A program made the translations under genes and the position numbers. Shown here one piece after another: positions 37,368 to 47,693 of a stretch of 64,000 bases of DNA. The stretch lies in contig CATQHZ020000001.1 in NCBI GenBank assembly GCA_958296135.2, positions 192,001-256,000 on the forward strand, given 5' to 3'. Source of the stretch: an uncultured Poribacteria bacterium. GTDB taxonomy: Bacteria > Poribacteria > WGA-4E > WGA-3G. Below the pieces are notes generated by a model, which was not told where the DNA came from, did no database searches, and worked only from the letters and a program-made list of their open reading frames with translations. Numbering within the stretch: the first letter of the stretch is position 1; the number at the start of each line of letters is the position of its first letter.

Positions 37368-37394
37368 TGAGGTGCTGCGTCGGCCCTTTTGGTT

Positions 37395-38162
37395 TCAATT
37401 TCTCGTTTTCAGCGCCGCCCAAGTTGTCGCCGCTTTTCCTGCGGCGGTGACAGCGGCGTAACCTGCCAACCCGTTGTCCATCACATCGTTCAAGTCAGCT
37501 TCAGAGAGTGCTTCTGTGAAGAATCCGACTTCGTCAAAGAGTCCAGTGGCGGCAACATCGCCAGGGCGCGCCCCGAGCCAGATTGGGCTTTCACTTGTAT
37601 CCAGCGTGCCACCGCTTGGTTGCTCACCATCAAGTTCGCCATCGATGAACATCTGCACATTCTTGCCATCGTAGACTTTGGCGATGTGATGCCACTCGCC
37701 ATCAGCAACCGGCGTCTGTCCATCAATGCGGCCGACGGTGCCTTTGACGTGCCACATGAAGACAGGGTAGTCGGCATCATGGATCCAGATATCGAGATGC
37801 CGCACCTCTTCTGCCTCCGGCCAGACATCGCCGTTGCGCCAGACGACATACTGCCACGAGGCTTCTTCCAATTTTACCCACGCGACGAACGTGTAGGCAT
37901 CGGCGTTGAAAACATCATCGTGCTCAATGCGGACGTAACTATCGCCTTGCCCTGGGAATGCCAACGCGCCGCCAAATTTACCGTCGCGCACCCATTTCAG
38001 AGCCCCTTTGATGTCGCCATCGTGCCCACTGACGATGTCGCGGGCAACCTTGCCGCTATTCTCTTCAAACAGCCATGCACTGGCTAGACCGAGTTCTGCG
38101 GCATCAATCGGCACGCATGCACCGATGATGAGAATGCTTAAAATCAAGAGCATTGTTTTCAT
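37395..38162 (-). CDS. Secreted LamG-like jellyroll protein
   Basis: WLFEE..G, GKFGGAL, WHHIA.VYDG, FIDGE, DEV and C-terminal GKAATTWAALK. Confidence 0.85.
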   Translation of the reverse strand: MKTMLLILSILIIGACVPIDAAELGLASAWLFEENSGKVARDIVSGHDGDIKGALKWVRDGKFGGALAFPGQGDSYVRIEHDDVFNADAYTFVAWVKLEEASWQYVVWRNGDVWPEAEEVRHLDIWIHDADYPVFMWHVKGTVGRIDGQTPVADGEWHHIAKVYDGKNVQMFIDGELDGEQPSGGTLDTSESPIWLGARPGDVAATGLFDEVGFFTEALSEADLNDVMDNGLAGYAAVTAAGKAATTWAALKTRN

Positions 38163-38280
38163 TCGGTTTCTCCTTAGGATACCAAATTCCTGTCTGTCGT
38201 TCGGACGAACCCCATAGGCGCGCCCACGGTGGATTACACGGTTTCAAACCGCGCACACAGTTACGTGTGGGTTTTCGCTA

Positions 38281-38763
38281 TTACTCGTCCCGGCGGATCC
38301 AACTGACTACGTCTTCTGCCTCCCCGGTGCCGCCTTCAAGCCCATCGCTACCGAAGGACAGAAGGTCATAACCGTAAGAGTCATGCACACCGGGCCGGAT
38401 GTAGACGTAGGGGTTGCCCCAAGGATCTACCGTAATCGGGATGTTGATGTAGGGCTCAGTCCAGTTGACCGGGAGTGGCGATGCTTCAGGTTTCTCCCAA
38501 AGGGCATTAAGCCCCTGTTCAGTTGAGGGATAATCGCCGTTATCTTTGGCGTATCGATCGAGCGCGATGCCGAGCGTCTCGATTTCTTCAGCGGCCTGTG
38601 CTTGGAGAGCGCGGCCCGCTTGTCCTAGCAACCGAGGTGCCAACAGCACCGCCGCAATAATTCCGATGATGGCAACGACAACGATGATTTGGACAGATGT
38701 TAAGCCGGCTTGACTCCGCAATAGCGGCTTGCAAACTGCGTCTTTAAAATCAATTTGTTTCAC
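38281..38763 (-). CDS. gspG: Type II secretion major pseudopilin GspG-like
   Basis: Prepilin-like hydrophobic N-terminus, ALDRY..D.G.YPSTEQGL.AL, DPWGNPY.Y, S.GSDG..GG.GE.ED. Confidence 0.8.
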   Translation of the reverse strand: MKQIDFKDAVCKPLLRSQAGLTSVQIIVVVAIIGIIAAVLLAPRLLGQAGRALQAQAAEEIETLGIALDRYAKDNGDYPSTEQGLNALWEKPEASPLPVNWTEPYINIPITVDPWGNPYVYIRPGVHDSYGYDLLSFGSDGLEGGTGEAEDVVSWIRRDE

Positions 38764-39066
38764 GTATGTGCCTCCGCTAATCTGTTTCACCCGCCTCTCA
38801 TATCGGGCGGTTTCAAAAAATTGTATCATATCTCGCGAATTGTGTCAAGGCGAAAATCTGAATATCTCTCGTTTAATTGTTGACACAATTTGCATTCTTA
38901 ACTATAATAAATGAAGAGGGACGCAACCTCAAGCCGGAGGCGCGCTTTGTAAGCGCGCAACGTAGTTCGTGCGCGGTTGCAAACCGCGCCTACCGGTGGA
39001 GGATGAGCGCACTTGCGTGTGTCCTGAAAGGCTATAGTCTCAAAACAGGAGAGGAGGAACCCCACA

Positions 39067-40278
39067 ATGGCGAAAACGGTGTGCATTGTCGGGACGATGG
39101 ATACAAAAGGACTTGAATTTGCATTCATCAAAACGCAAATCGAATCAAGCGGTGTCTCAACGTGCGTTGTGAATACCGGGATTATGGGCGAACCGCAGCT
39201 GGAGCCAGATGTCCCAGCTGATGAAGTCGCGCGGAAGGCAGGCTCATCGCTGCAAGTACTGCGCAACGAAGGCGACCGGGGCAATAGCGTCGCTGTCATG
39301 GCACAGGGCGCAGCGGCAATCGTTGCAGAAAAACAGACAGCAGGCGAAATCGATGGCATCATCTCACTAGGCGGCTCCGCAGGAACAACTATCGGGACAA
39401 CAGCGATGCAGGCACTGCCGGTGGGCGTTCCGAAAATAATGGTGTCTACCCTCGCATCGGGCGATACAAGCCCTTATGTGCAGTCCAAAGATATTTGTAT
39501 GATGTATTCGGTGGTAGACATTGCCGGCATCAACCGCTTATCGAGACAGATTTTGGCGAACGCCGCCGGCGCAATCGTCGGAATGGTGAACGCAGCAGCA
39601 CCCGCTGCAGCAGAAGCCGATAAACCCCTCATCGCCGCCACCATGTTCGGCGTAACCACGCCGTGCGTCACGAAAGCGCGCGAAATTCTTGAAGCCGCCG
39701 GCTACGAAGTACTCGTTTTTCATGCTACCGGCACCGGCGGACAGGCGATGGAAGACCTGGGCAAAGGCGGCTTCCTCGCCGGCGTGTTAGACGTGACAAC
39801 AACAGAACTCGCCGACGAACTCGTCGGCGGTGTCCTCAGCGCAGGACCGGATAGACTGGAAGCCGCAGGACAAGCCGGATTACCGCAAGTCATCGCGCCC
39901 GGCGCACTAGATATGGTGAATTTCGGACCGCGGGATACCGTACCTGAGAAATTCCGCGACCGGCTGTTCTATCAGCACAACCCAACGGTGACGTTGATGC
40001 GGACAACCACAGAAGAAATGGCCGAATTAGGGAGAATCATGGCGCGCAAACTGAACCAAGCGCGGGGGACCACGACGGTTATCATTCCGACACGAGGCGT
40101 ATCCGCAATTGACATGACAGAACAACCTTTCGATGCTCCCGAAGCGCGCGCTGCATGGCGCGAGAATTTGAAGGCGCACATCGGAAGCAACGTTACCGTC
40201 ATTGAGATGGACGCGCACATCAACGATGATGCGTTCGCAACGAAACTCGCGGAGACATTGTTGGAGAGTCTGCAATAA
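39067..40278 (+). CDS. UPF0261 / Tm-1-like ATP-binding protein
   Basis: GTMDTKG.E, GGSAGT, TMFGVTTPCV, GALDMVNFG, HNP.VTLMRT. Confidence 0.9.
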   Translation: MAKTVCIVGTMDTKGLEFAFIKTQIESSGVSTCVVNTGIMGEPQLEPDVPADEVARKAGSSLQVLRNEGDRGNSVAVMAQGAAAIVAEKQTAGEIDGIISLGGSAGTTIGTTAMQALPVGVPKIMVSTLASGDTSPYVQSKDICMMYSVVDIAGINRLSRQILANAAGAIVGMVNAAAPAAAEADKPLIAATMFGVTTPCVTKAREILEAAGYEVLVFHATGTGGQAMEDLGKGGFLAGVLDVTTTELADELVGGVLSAGPDRLEAAGQAGLPQVIAPGALDMVNFGPRDTVPEKFRDRLFYQHNPTVTLMRTTTEEMAELGRIMARKLNQARGTTTVIIPTRGVSAIDMTEQPFDAPEARAAWRENLKAHIGSNVTVIEMDAHINDDAFATKLAETLLESLQ

Positions 40279-40325
40279 CGGACGGATAGGGACATCCGCC
40301 CTGACGCGCTTTTTGGAGGAAACCA

Positions 40326-41216
40326 ATGGAGACTAAAACGGACAAAACCCTTACCGAAGCAGAGATTAACCATTTCATTGAGAAAGGGCATATTATCCTG
40401 AGAGACTGCTTCCCGCAGGAATTGGCAGAAAAGTGGAGAACGTTCGCCTATAAACGGCTCGGTTATTCTCCAGACGATTCGGCGACGTGGGAGATGCCGC
40501 GCATCCACCTGCCTTCAATGAATCGGGTGCCGATTAAAGACGTGGCACCGCGGGCGTGGCGTGCTATCTGTGAACTGCTCGGCGGCGAAGAGCGCATCGC
40601 CGGTTCCGAACCGTCGTGGGGCGATGGATTTATCATCAACTTCTCACTCGGCGCGGATTCGCCGTGGCAACCGCCTTCTCCAGAAGTCGGCGGTTGGCAT
40701 AAAGATGGCGATTTCTTCCGCCATTTCTTGGATAGCCCCGAGCAAGGGCTCCTGACGATTGTCGCCTGGTCGGATATTTATCCGAAGAGTGGGGGAACCT
40801 TTGTGGCCTGCGATTCTGTCCAGCACGTCGCGCGGCGGTTGTCCGAGCATCCGGAAGGATTGCTCCCAAGCGGGTTTGGCGGGCTCATTGAGAAGTGCAA
40901 GGATTTCGTCGAAATCACGGGGAAAGCCGGGGATGTTGTCCTCTTGCATCCGTTCATCTTACACGCCGCGTCGCAGAATCCGTCGAAACGCGCCCGGTTT
41001 ATCACGAATCCGCCTGTCCATCTCAAAGAGCCGATGAATTTCAACCGCGAGCATCCAGACGATTTTTCGCCGGTGGAATTAGGGGTGTTACGCGGGTTGG
41101 GGAAGAGCCGTCTGGATTTCAAACCGACTGCACCGCGGGAACGTTTGGTGCCAGAGCGCGTCAAACGCCAGCAGAAAATGTTGGAGGAGCAGAAAAAGCG
41201 GCTGGCGGTGGCGTAA
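40326..41216 (+). CDS. Phytanoyl-CoA dioxygenase-like 2OG-Fe(II) oxygenase
   Basis: WHKDGD, GGT, GDVVLLHP..LHAAS. Confidence 0.75.
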   Translation: METKTDKTLTEAEINHFIEKGHIILRDCFPQELAEKWRTFAYKRLGYSPDDSATWEMPRIHLPSMNRVPIKDVAPRAWRAICELLGGEERIAGSEPSWGDGFIINFSLGADSPWQPPSPEVGGWHKDGDFFRHFLDSPEQGLLTIVAWSDIYPKSGGTFVACDSVQHVARRLSEHPEGLLPSGFGGLIEKCKDFVEITGKAGDVVLLHPFILHAASQNPSKRARFITNPPVHLKEPMNFNREHPDDFSPVELGVLRGLGKSRLDFKPTAPRERLVPERVKRQQKMLEEQKKRLAVA

Positions 41217-41227
41217 TTTTTCACTAA

Positions 41228-41445
41228 GCGGCCCCGCAGCCCGTAGTGCGCGGTCCTGTGCCGCGCCATATCTTCACGGTTCCCGTAGAGCGCGGTCCTG
41301 TGCCGCGCCATATCTTCACGGTTCCCGTAGGGCGCGGTCCTGTGCCGCGCCATGCCACAAGCGGCCCCGCAGCCCGTAGTGCGCGGTCCTGTGCCGCGCC
41401 ATATCTTCACGGTTCCCGTAGGGCGCGGTCCTGTGCCGCGCCATG
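41228..41445. repeat. Tandem REP array (five GTAG.GCGCGGTCCTGTGCCGCGCCAT copies)
   Basis: About 41-bp units with repeated linkers. Confidence 0.85.
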
Positions 41446-41727
41446 CCTGCTGACGTGAGGAAAGCTATGCAATTTCAAGACATCGCGAACACCTATTGGC
41501 GAAACATTCAGCAAACCCGACGCGAAGCTGAGGCAACCACAGAACTCTCTTTGCATACGCATCTCAAGACGTTTTTGGAACAAGCCGCGGCGCACTTAGG
41601 AGCACTATCGGAGCATGTTGGTTGCAATCGCAGAGACGCTCAGCATCATGGCAAAATTGGATACGGCTTGCTAGGGCCCGACCGGTCGCGAACGGACAAA
41701 GAAGAGGCACTGCCCGGAAGGGCTCTC

Positions 41728-42081
41728 CTACCGGTGTTCTTCATCGTAGATGAGAAATTCGATAACCTTCTCCGCGGTTTGGGGGGTTAAGCCGGAGCCC
41801 GGTTTTCGCATCATTTTGTAGACGTAGGTTCGCCATTCCTCTGGTTCAAAATCAGAGTTAATCGGGCGCGCAAGAGTGTGGCATCGGCTACACTTGCGCG
41901 CAAATACCTCGTAGGCAGCCTGCATTTTCTGCGGATAGGCGGAAACGTCAATGAAGTTCGGGCCTTTATCCGCCGGATAGGTTTTCAGCACAGCGCGCGG
42001 GGCACGCAGCGCGAAGATTATCCCGATGCCAACCAGCACGATGACACCGAGGACGACTATCCAAACAATTGCGCGTTGCAT
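41728..42081 (-). CDS. Membrane-anchored monoheme c-type cytochrome
   Basis: N-terminal TM helix, KCSRCH, W..YV.KMMRKP. Confidence 0.8.
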   Translation of the reverse strand: MQRAIVWIVVLGVIVLVGIGIIFALRAPRAVLKTYPADKGPNFIDVSAYPQKMQAAYEVFARKCSRCHTLARPINSDFEPEEWRTYVYKMMRKPGSGLTPQTAEKVIEFLIYDEEHR

Positions 42082-42186
42082 CTGTGCGTAAACTCCATTC
42101 TCTTCTCCGGGCCGGGTTTACGGAAGCCTGTCAATCGTCACACGCCCACCCGTTACAACGTCTAACGTCACAGCCCCGCCATGGAA

Positions 42187-42456
42187 TCATGATGTCGGTG
42201 CTGAAATCCTAAAGCCGATTCGATGAACGGATCGGGCTCCTATGCGGAGACTGTAGATGACTGCTACGGGACGTTTTTCGAGCAGACTCGTCATGGAAGT
42301 CAACTCGTCATCGTCAATTTCGTAGTCACCTGTTTCAATATCGAGCGCAAGAAACCTGCCTTTATGCTGAGGTTCAACTTTGGCGCGGAGTTGCTGCCGA
42401 TAAAGTTCTTCTCCCTTGCTTCCGACAGTTTCGGAGGTATAATTGGCATACGCCAT
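42187..42456 (-). CDS. Small hypothetical protein (DUF5678-like)
   Basis: G.F.ALDIETGDYE...RIG pattern, SD AGGAG. Confidence 0.6.
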   Translation of the reverse strand: MAYANYTSETVGSKGEELYRQQLRAKVEPQHKGRFLALDIETGDYEIDDDELTSMTSLLEKRPVAVIYSLRIGARSVHRIGFRISAPTS

Positions 42457-42542
42457 GCTCATTCTCCTATTTGCAACAAGACTGACGCAAATTCTTTTCC
42501 GCCGGTAGGCGCGCTTTGCTGTCCTGAGCGGTGAATTGGGTG

Positions 42543-44390
42543 TCAGATAATCGCCTTTATCTTCCGCACGATAGCGTCCGCACTGATGCCATGGCGTTCA
42601 AGCAGTTCCTCTGGTTTGCCAGAACGCGGCATCCCCGTGACTGCAAGTTTGTGGACGCGAATACCTGCCGTTGCAACAGCATCTAGCACAGCATCGCCGA
42701 GCCCGCCTTCCGGATAATGGTCTTCAACGGTGACGAGGGTGCCGTTCGTATCTGCAGCTGCTTTGCGGAGTGCCGCCGCGTCAATCGGCTTCACAGAGTA
42801 TACGTCTATCACGCGGATAGAGATGCCCTCATCGCGAAGCGCATCGTGTGCCTTTAACGCCTCGTGAAGCGTCACACCAGCCGCGACAACGGTGACGCTG
42901 TCGTTTTCACACTCGCGCACCACCTTGCTGCCGCCGATGGAGAACTGTGCCTCGTTTCTATAGAGTATCGCCGTTTTCGGACGCGACGTGCGGATGTAAA
43001 CAATGCCTTCATGCGCAGCGGCTTCGGCGACGAGACGTTCGGCGGAGACTGCATCACTCGGATACAGCACCACTGAACCCGGAATCGCACGGAACATGGC
43101 GATGTCCTCTAAGCCCATCTGCGAAGGACCATCTTCGCCGATGGAGACACCGCAATGTGAGCCGACGTACTTAATGTTCGCCTGAGAAATGGCGGACATC
43201 CGAACCTGATCATAGGCACGGGACAAAAACGCCGCAAATGTCGAGACGAACGGAATCTTACCGCGCTTGGCTAACCCAATCCCCGTCCCTACCAAATTCT
43301 GCTCGGCGATGAACATCTCAAAATACCGGTTAGGATAGAGTGCCATGAATTGCTCGGCATAGGTGGAGTTTTTGGTATCGCCATCTAAAGCGACAACGTT
43401 GAGATTCGCGCCGCCGACTTTGGCGAGGCCGGTGCCGTAGCCGCCCCGCGTCGCAACCTCTTCATCGGGTTGGTAGGCAGGTGGTTCGCACGGGCTCGGT
43501 TGCAAACCACGGCTACCGTCTGTGTTCACGGGCGTAGGTGCTTCAATCTGGACGTTGCCGTTTGTTTGCAGCGGCTCGAGTTCAGCCAACGCTTTGTCCA
43601 ATTCTTCGCCTTTGGCGAGAGCCTTTCCGTGCCAGCCATCTGCGTTTTCAAGGAAAGAAACGCCTTTGCCCTTGAAAGTCTTCGCGACTATCATCGTCGG
43701 TTTATCGGCGGATGCTTTCGCCTGCGCCAGCGCGGGCAAGATGTCGTCAAAATCGTGCCCATCAATGCCGATGGCGTTCCAGCCGAACGCTTCAAAACGG
43801 CGGCAGTACGTCTCGATATCAAACGCGTACATGGTGCGTTGACTCTGCCCGAGCGCGTTGACATCGACAATCCCGATGAGGTTGTTGAGTTGGTAATGCG
43901 ATGCCAGTGCTGCCGCTTCCCACACGCTCCCCTCCGCGATTTCGCCATCGCCGAGGAGGACGTAGACGCGGTAATCGGCGTTGTCGAGGTATTTGCAGCT
44001 GAGTGCCATGCCGAGGCCGAGCGACAATCCCTGTCCGAGTGAACCTGTCGCCACTTCTGTCCAATCAAACCTCGGGGTAGGATGTCCTTCAAGGATACTG
44101 TCGATTTGGCGCAGCGTGAGCAACGCTTCGGGGGCAAGGATGCCGGCCTCCGCGTAGGCGGCGTAAAGCAGTGGGGCGGCGTGTCCCTTGGATAAGATGA
44201 ACCTATCGTTGTTCGGGTGCTGTGCATCGCCCGGTTCATAGCGCATCGCGTGAAAGAAGAGCGCGGAAACGATGTCCGCGGACGAGAGGCACGTCGTCGG
44301 ATGCCCAGAGCCTGCCTCCGCTGTGGAGACAAGCGAGTGGATGCGTAAGTTAGTCGCTTTCTGTGTTAGAAAATGTTTCAGGTTTTCCAC
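42543..44390 (-). CDS. tkt: Transketolase
   Basis: SGHPT, DRFILSKGHAAP, GSLGQG, GDGE..EG, IAEQN, GEDGPSQ. Confidence 0.93.
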   Translation of the reverse strand: MENLKHFLTQKATNLRIHSLVSTAEAGSGHPTTCLSSADIVSALFFHAMRYEPGDAQHPNNDRFILSKGHAAPLLYAAYAEAGILAPEALLTLRQIDSILEGHPTPRFDWTEVATGSLGQGLSLGLGMALSCKYLDNADYRVYVLLGDGEIAEGSVWEAAALASHYQLNNLIGIVDVNALGQSQRTMYAFDIETYCRRFEAFGWNAIGIDGHDFDDILPALAQAKASADKPTMIVAKTFKGKGVSFLENADGWHGKALAKGEELDKALAELEPLQTNGNVQIEAPTPVNTDGSRGLQPSPCEPPAYQPDEEVATRGGYGTGLAKVGGANLNVVALDGDTKNSTYAEQFMALYPNRYFEMFIAEQNLVGTGIGLAKRGKIPFVSTFAAFLSRAYDQVRMSAISQANIKYVGSHCGVSIGEDGPSQMGLEDIAMFRAIPGSVVLYPSDAVSAERLVAEAAAHEGIVYIRTSRPKTAILYRNEAQFSIGGSKVVRECENDSVTVVAAGVTLHEALKAHDALRDEGISIRVIDVYSVKPIDAAALRKAAADTNGTLVTVEDHYPEGGLGDAVLDAVATAGIRVHKLAVTGMPRSGKPEELLERHGISADAIVRKIKAII

Positions 44391-44468
44391 AAATGCTTTC
44401 CTATCGGTTCTTCAGAACAGACGCAGACGTGTGGGAAGGCTTTTCTGCATCCATCCTGCAAAAGATTG

Positions 44469-45098
44469 TCATTCGCGCCGTGTTTTCAACGTTTCAAGGC
44501 GCCGTTGCGCAGCGACAACGAGGTAATGCCCGCCGCCTCGGTTTGCGAAGAGGGCGATGAGGGATTCAAGCACTTCAGCCGCCTGCTGGAAATCCTCGGT
44601 TTTGACGTAGGACTCCGCCTGCCAATACATTGATTTTGCAATAATTGCGTTCGGCGCACCGGTGCCGCGTCTCCGCTCGTTTTCGATGGCAGCTTGGAAT
44701 TTCCCGATTGCCTCTTCGTAATTTTTCTCTTCGTAATAGGCGGTGACCGCGTCGGCATAGGCGAAGTTACCTATTTCACGTGGCCGAAACTGCTGAATTT
44801 CAACAGGCGGTTCTTCTACCGGCGGAGAGAAATCGTCTTCCGCTGCCTCTACCGATTCGCTGTAGGCATCGTCTTCGTCCTCCTCGTCCTCTTCATCCTC
44901 TTCGTCCTCTTCATCGTCCCCGTAGGGGTAGTCCGGTTCTTCCTCGTCGTCTTCGTCCCCAAAGTCGGCGAGTTCTTCGGGGGGGATGGAAGGATCGAAT
45001 ATCACCTCAGGCGGCAGGAGTGATTTCTCTTTATCTGCCTCGCGCGGATGCTCGATGTTATCGAATTCTTTGATGAGTTCACCAAAGTTGCGTGCCAT
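44469..45098 (-). CDS. Acidic N-terminus TPR-domain protein
   Basis: D/E-rich tract and C-terminal TPR-like helices (A..YY....YEEAI, SMYWQAESY). Confidence 0.7.
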   Translation of the reverse strand: MARNFGELIKEFDNIEHPREADKEKSLLPPEVIFDPSIPPEELADFGDEDDEEEPDYPYGDDEEDEEDEEDEEDEDDAYSESVEAAEDDFSPPVEEPPVEIQQFRPREIGNFAYADAVTAYYEEKNYEEAIGKFQAAIENERRRGTGAPNAIIAKSMYWQAESYVKTEDFQQAAEVLESLIALFANRGGGHYLVVAAQRRLETLKTRRE

Positions 45099-45450
45099 TT
45101 GAGTGCCTTTCCTATTTTACCCTACCGGCAGTTTTGAAAACGTCCAGGCGGGCTGCTAATACCAAATGAGGTTGATGCGTCTCGCCTCAAATGGTGTAAG
45201 TCAACGTCATTCGCCAATAAGCCGTTGAACAACGCGTTGCGAACAACAAAACATCGTGCTGCGTCAAACTCGCCGGTGGTTAAGTGCCGACGAGAGTGAC
45301 ACAGTCAGATACGGCGGCCGCTGGGAGGTTGGAACTCCACTTTGCGGCCGCGCAGAAAATTTCATCAGGACTTATGCAAACGCCTAAAACACCTGTCCGG
45401 TAGCCATGTTTTGTAAGCGCGCCTACAGGGTTTGTTCTGCGTCTGTCCTA

Positions 45451-46263
45451 TTAATACTTGACTTTTACGTCTGCCCAGGTGGTAGTCATTTTGTCGGCCG
45501 GCTCGACTGCCAGCACGGCGAAATAGAGTCCATCTTTCATGAGTTTCTGGATATCCTCTTCCGCGAGAGCGACGCTGAAGATTGCGACTTCGTCGATGAG
45601 GACTTCCCCGAACCGCGCACCGCCGCAGCAATCGTCAAAGCCGATATTGACGGGGCCGGAATCCAGATCGATCGGATTTTTGGCGAGATCCATCGCGCTC
45701 GCCTCTTCCCCATCGATGTAGATATACCACTCGCCGGTTTTGCTATTAAACGTAGTGGTATACATGTGCCATTCGGTAATATCTTTGGGGCCGATTTCGC
45801 CATCGCGCCAGCCGCCGGGTTTATTCCAGCATCCGCCATTGCAAATCGGCCAGGAAACGTTTTTGGTGCCCTGGTTCGGATGAATGATGTAGGCGTTCCG
45901 TTTTTCCACCATAAATCCGTGCTGATTCCAGGTATCGGTGAGGCTTTTCACCCAGATAGATACCGTAATCTCTGCAGTGGAGTTCTCGTGGTCTGGAATT
46001 TGAACGTAGGCACCTTGGCCATCGAGTTCAAGGCCTTCGCCAAACTTGCCCTTCACCCATTTCGGCTTGCCTTGGAGCTCACCGTCGAGGCCATTTCCGG
46101 ACGCATCCGTGGCGATTTTGCCTTGGCCTTCATCGAAAAGCCAGAGGCCGACGACGGTATCCGCATCGATGGCGGCGGGTGCGTTCGCGGTGAACCAAAT
46201 GCCTCCGCCTGCAAAAATGATGCCGATGCAGGCGAGAAAAACGCTTTTAACGCTAAAGTTCAT
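45451..46263 (-). CDS. Secreted LamG-like jellyroll protein
   Basis: GLWLFDEGQG, W..GKFG..L, YIDGE, IDEVAIF and C-terminal AVEPADKMTTTWA. Confidence 0.85.
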   Translation of the reverse strand: MNFSVKSVFLACIGIIFAGGGIWFTANAPAAIDADTVVGLWLFDEGQGKIATDASGNGLDGELQGKPKWVKGKFGEGLELDGQGAYVQIPDHENSTAEITVSIWVKSLTDTWNQHGFMVEKRNAYIIHPNQGTKNVSWPICNGGCWNKPGGWRDGEIGPKDITEWHMYTTTFNSKTGEWYIYIDGEEASAMDLAKNPIDLDSGPVNIGFDDCCGGARFGEVLIDEVAIFSVALAEEDIQKLMKDGLYFAVLAVEPADKMTTTWADVKVKY

Positions 46264-46380
46264 TCTAATGTTACCTCCTGTTCGCGCTTATTTCTCAGGA
46301 CGATTCAGTTTTCAAATGTGCGCCAGTTCTTGCCGCACTACATAACCTATGAGAATCTCGTCAAATGTAGACTTATCTGC

Positions 46381-47595
46381 CTATGCAAAGTCTACGAGTC
46401 TCTGTTCGGTCAGCGGTTTCCTGCTTCTTCCGCGCACACGCGGGTTCTGATGCCAGCCTACCAAAGTAGGTGTTACAGCATCTCCACAGGCGTTTTGGCT
46501 CTCCTCAGTGCTTGAGGCGAGCTGTCGAAGGTTTATAGCGGCGTTAACGTCTCTGTCCTCTACCAATCCGCAGATACCGCAGTGATATTCTCTGTCCTTG
46601 AGCGTCAGTTTGAATTCGCCACGTTTGACGTAGCCACAGGAACTGCATCGCTGTGTTGACGGCCAGAACTTATCTGCCGACACAATGCGGATGCCGCGCC
46701 ACACCGCCTTGTATTTGAGTTTGACGAGGAAGCCGCCAAGACTTGCATCGGCGAGTGCCTTGCTCAGCTTGCGGTTCTTCATCAAACCTTTCACGGTGAG
46801 GCTTTCAATGCCAAGTGCCGAGATGCCTTGCAGGATGCGATGTGTCACCTGATGATGGGCATCGGTTCTCACATTGGCGATACGGGCATGCAGGCGGGCG
46901 AGGCGTTCCTTCGCCTTCCACCAGTTTTTGCTCATGAACGTCTTGCGGGCGAGTGCCTTATTTGCACGGCGTAGTTTGCGTTCATTGACACGCAAGGCAC
47001 GCGGATTTTCGTAGACAGTGCCATCGTCCATCGTAGCGAGGGCAGAGATGCCGACATCACAACCTGCAGGGGGCAGTGCTGACGTGTCGGGCGGTTCCGG
47101 TTCATTAACTTCGACAAGGATGCTGAGATACCATCGATGTGCGATTCGCTTAACGAAAGCACGGCGAACTTCACCTGTCCATCGAGGGTTTTCATGCAAC
47201 CTAACCTGTCCAATTATCGGAAGGACGACGTGTTTACCGTCCGCCGTCATTTTGACAGTATTGACACCATTATCAATCTGGAACGCAGGGGCAGACTTAT
47301 GCGTCTTCCGTTTGGGCGCACCATTCTGTCCCGATTTGTATCTGGCGATAGCATCACCGAAAGCGTGGATAGCAGTCTTGCCTGCGTTTTGAGAACACGC
47401 GGCGAATTCGGGGAACACCTCGCGCTTCCGTGAGTTGAAGATTTTCTTCAAATCGTAGAGAGAGTTACGGCGGTCGGCGTTCCAATCAGAATGTGCGGCA
47501 TTATATGCAACACGGGCGAAATCCACGTGACGACAGAACATCGCAACTTGTTCCTCGCTAGGGTTGAGTGCTATCTTCTGGGCTCGTAGTGCCAT
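46381..47595 (-). CDS. tnpB: RNA-guided endonuclease TnpB
   Basis: GCDVG, IESL and DRDVNAA RuvC motifs; CSSC..CGIC Zn finger. ATG 47595 is at the same position as the copy 1 start. Confidence 0.92.
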   Translation of the reverse strand: MALRAQKIALNPSEEQVAMFCRHVDFARVAYNAAHSDWNADRRNSLYDLKKIFNSRKREVFPEFAACSQNAGKTAIHAFGDAIARYKSGQNGAPKRKTHKSAPAFQIDNGVNTVKMTADGKHVVLPIIGQVRLHENPRWTGEVRRAFVKRIAHRWYLSILVEVNEPEPPDTSALPPAGCDVGISALATMDDGTVYENPRALRVNERKLRRANKALARKTFMSKNWWKAKERLARLHARIANVRTDAHHQVTHRILQGISALGIESLTVKGLMKNRKLSKALADASLGGFLVKLKYKAVWRGIRIVSADKFWPSTQRCSSCGYVKRGEFKLTLKDREYHCGICGLVEDRDVNAAINLRQLASSTEESQNACGDAVTPTLVGWHQNPRVRGRSRKPLTEQRLVDFA

Positions 47596-47598
47596 AGA

Positions 47599-47693
47599 GT
47601 CACCGTTCCCGTTGGGTGTCACCTGCTGCTAGATAGGTGGGGCGAGAGACACGGCGGGAAGCCGCGCCTAGCAGTCTCGCCCCCAACGGTAAC
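47599..47693 (-). ncRNA. Conserved structured 5' leader RNA upstream of tnpB (copy 2)
   Basis: Homologous to 11139-11233 with compensatory substitutions. Starts just after TTGCAT-N17-TATAAT. Confidence 0.7.

Noticed and set aside
41228-41445. CRISPR array
   Set aside because: The would-be spacers are themselves repeated and short, the units are GTAG-type REPs, and there are no cas genes.
45250-45355. Riboswitch upstream of the acidic TPR gene
   Set aside because: Two hairpins are present, but there is no recognisable aptamer consensus and no second copy to test covariation.
45406-46515. 369-aa plus-strand ORF and other long antisense ORFs (e.g. 1658..2464, 37389..38087, 55370..56131)
   Set aside because: Shadow ORFs opposite well-supported genes in GC-rich DNA, with no recognisable motifs.
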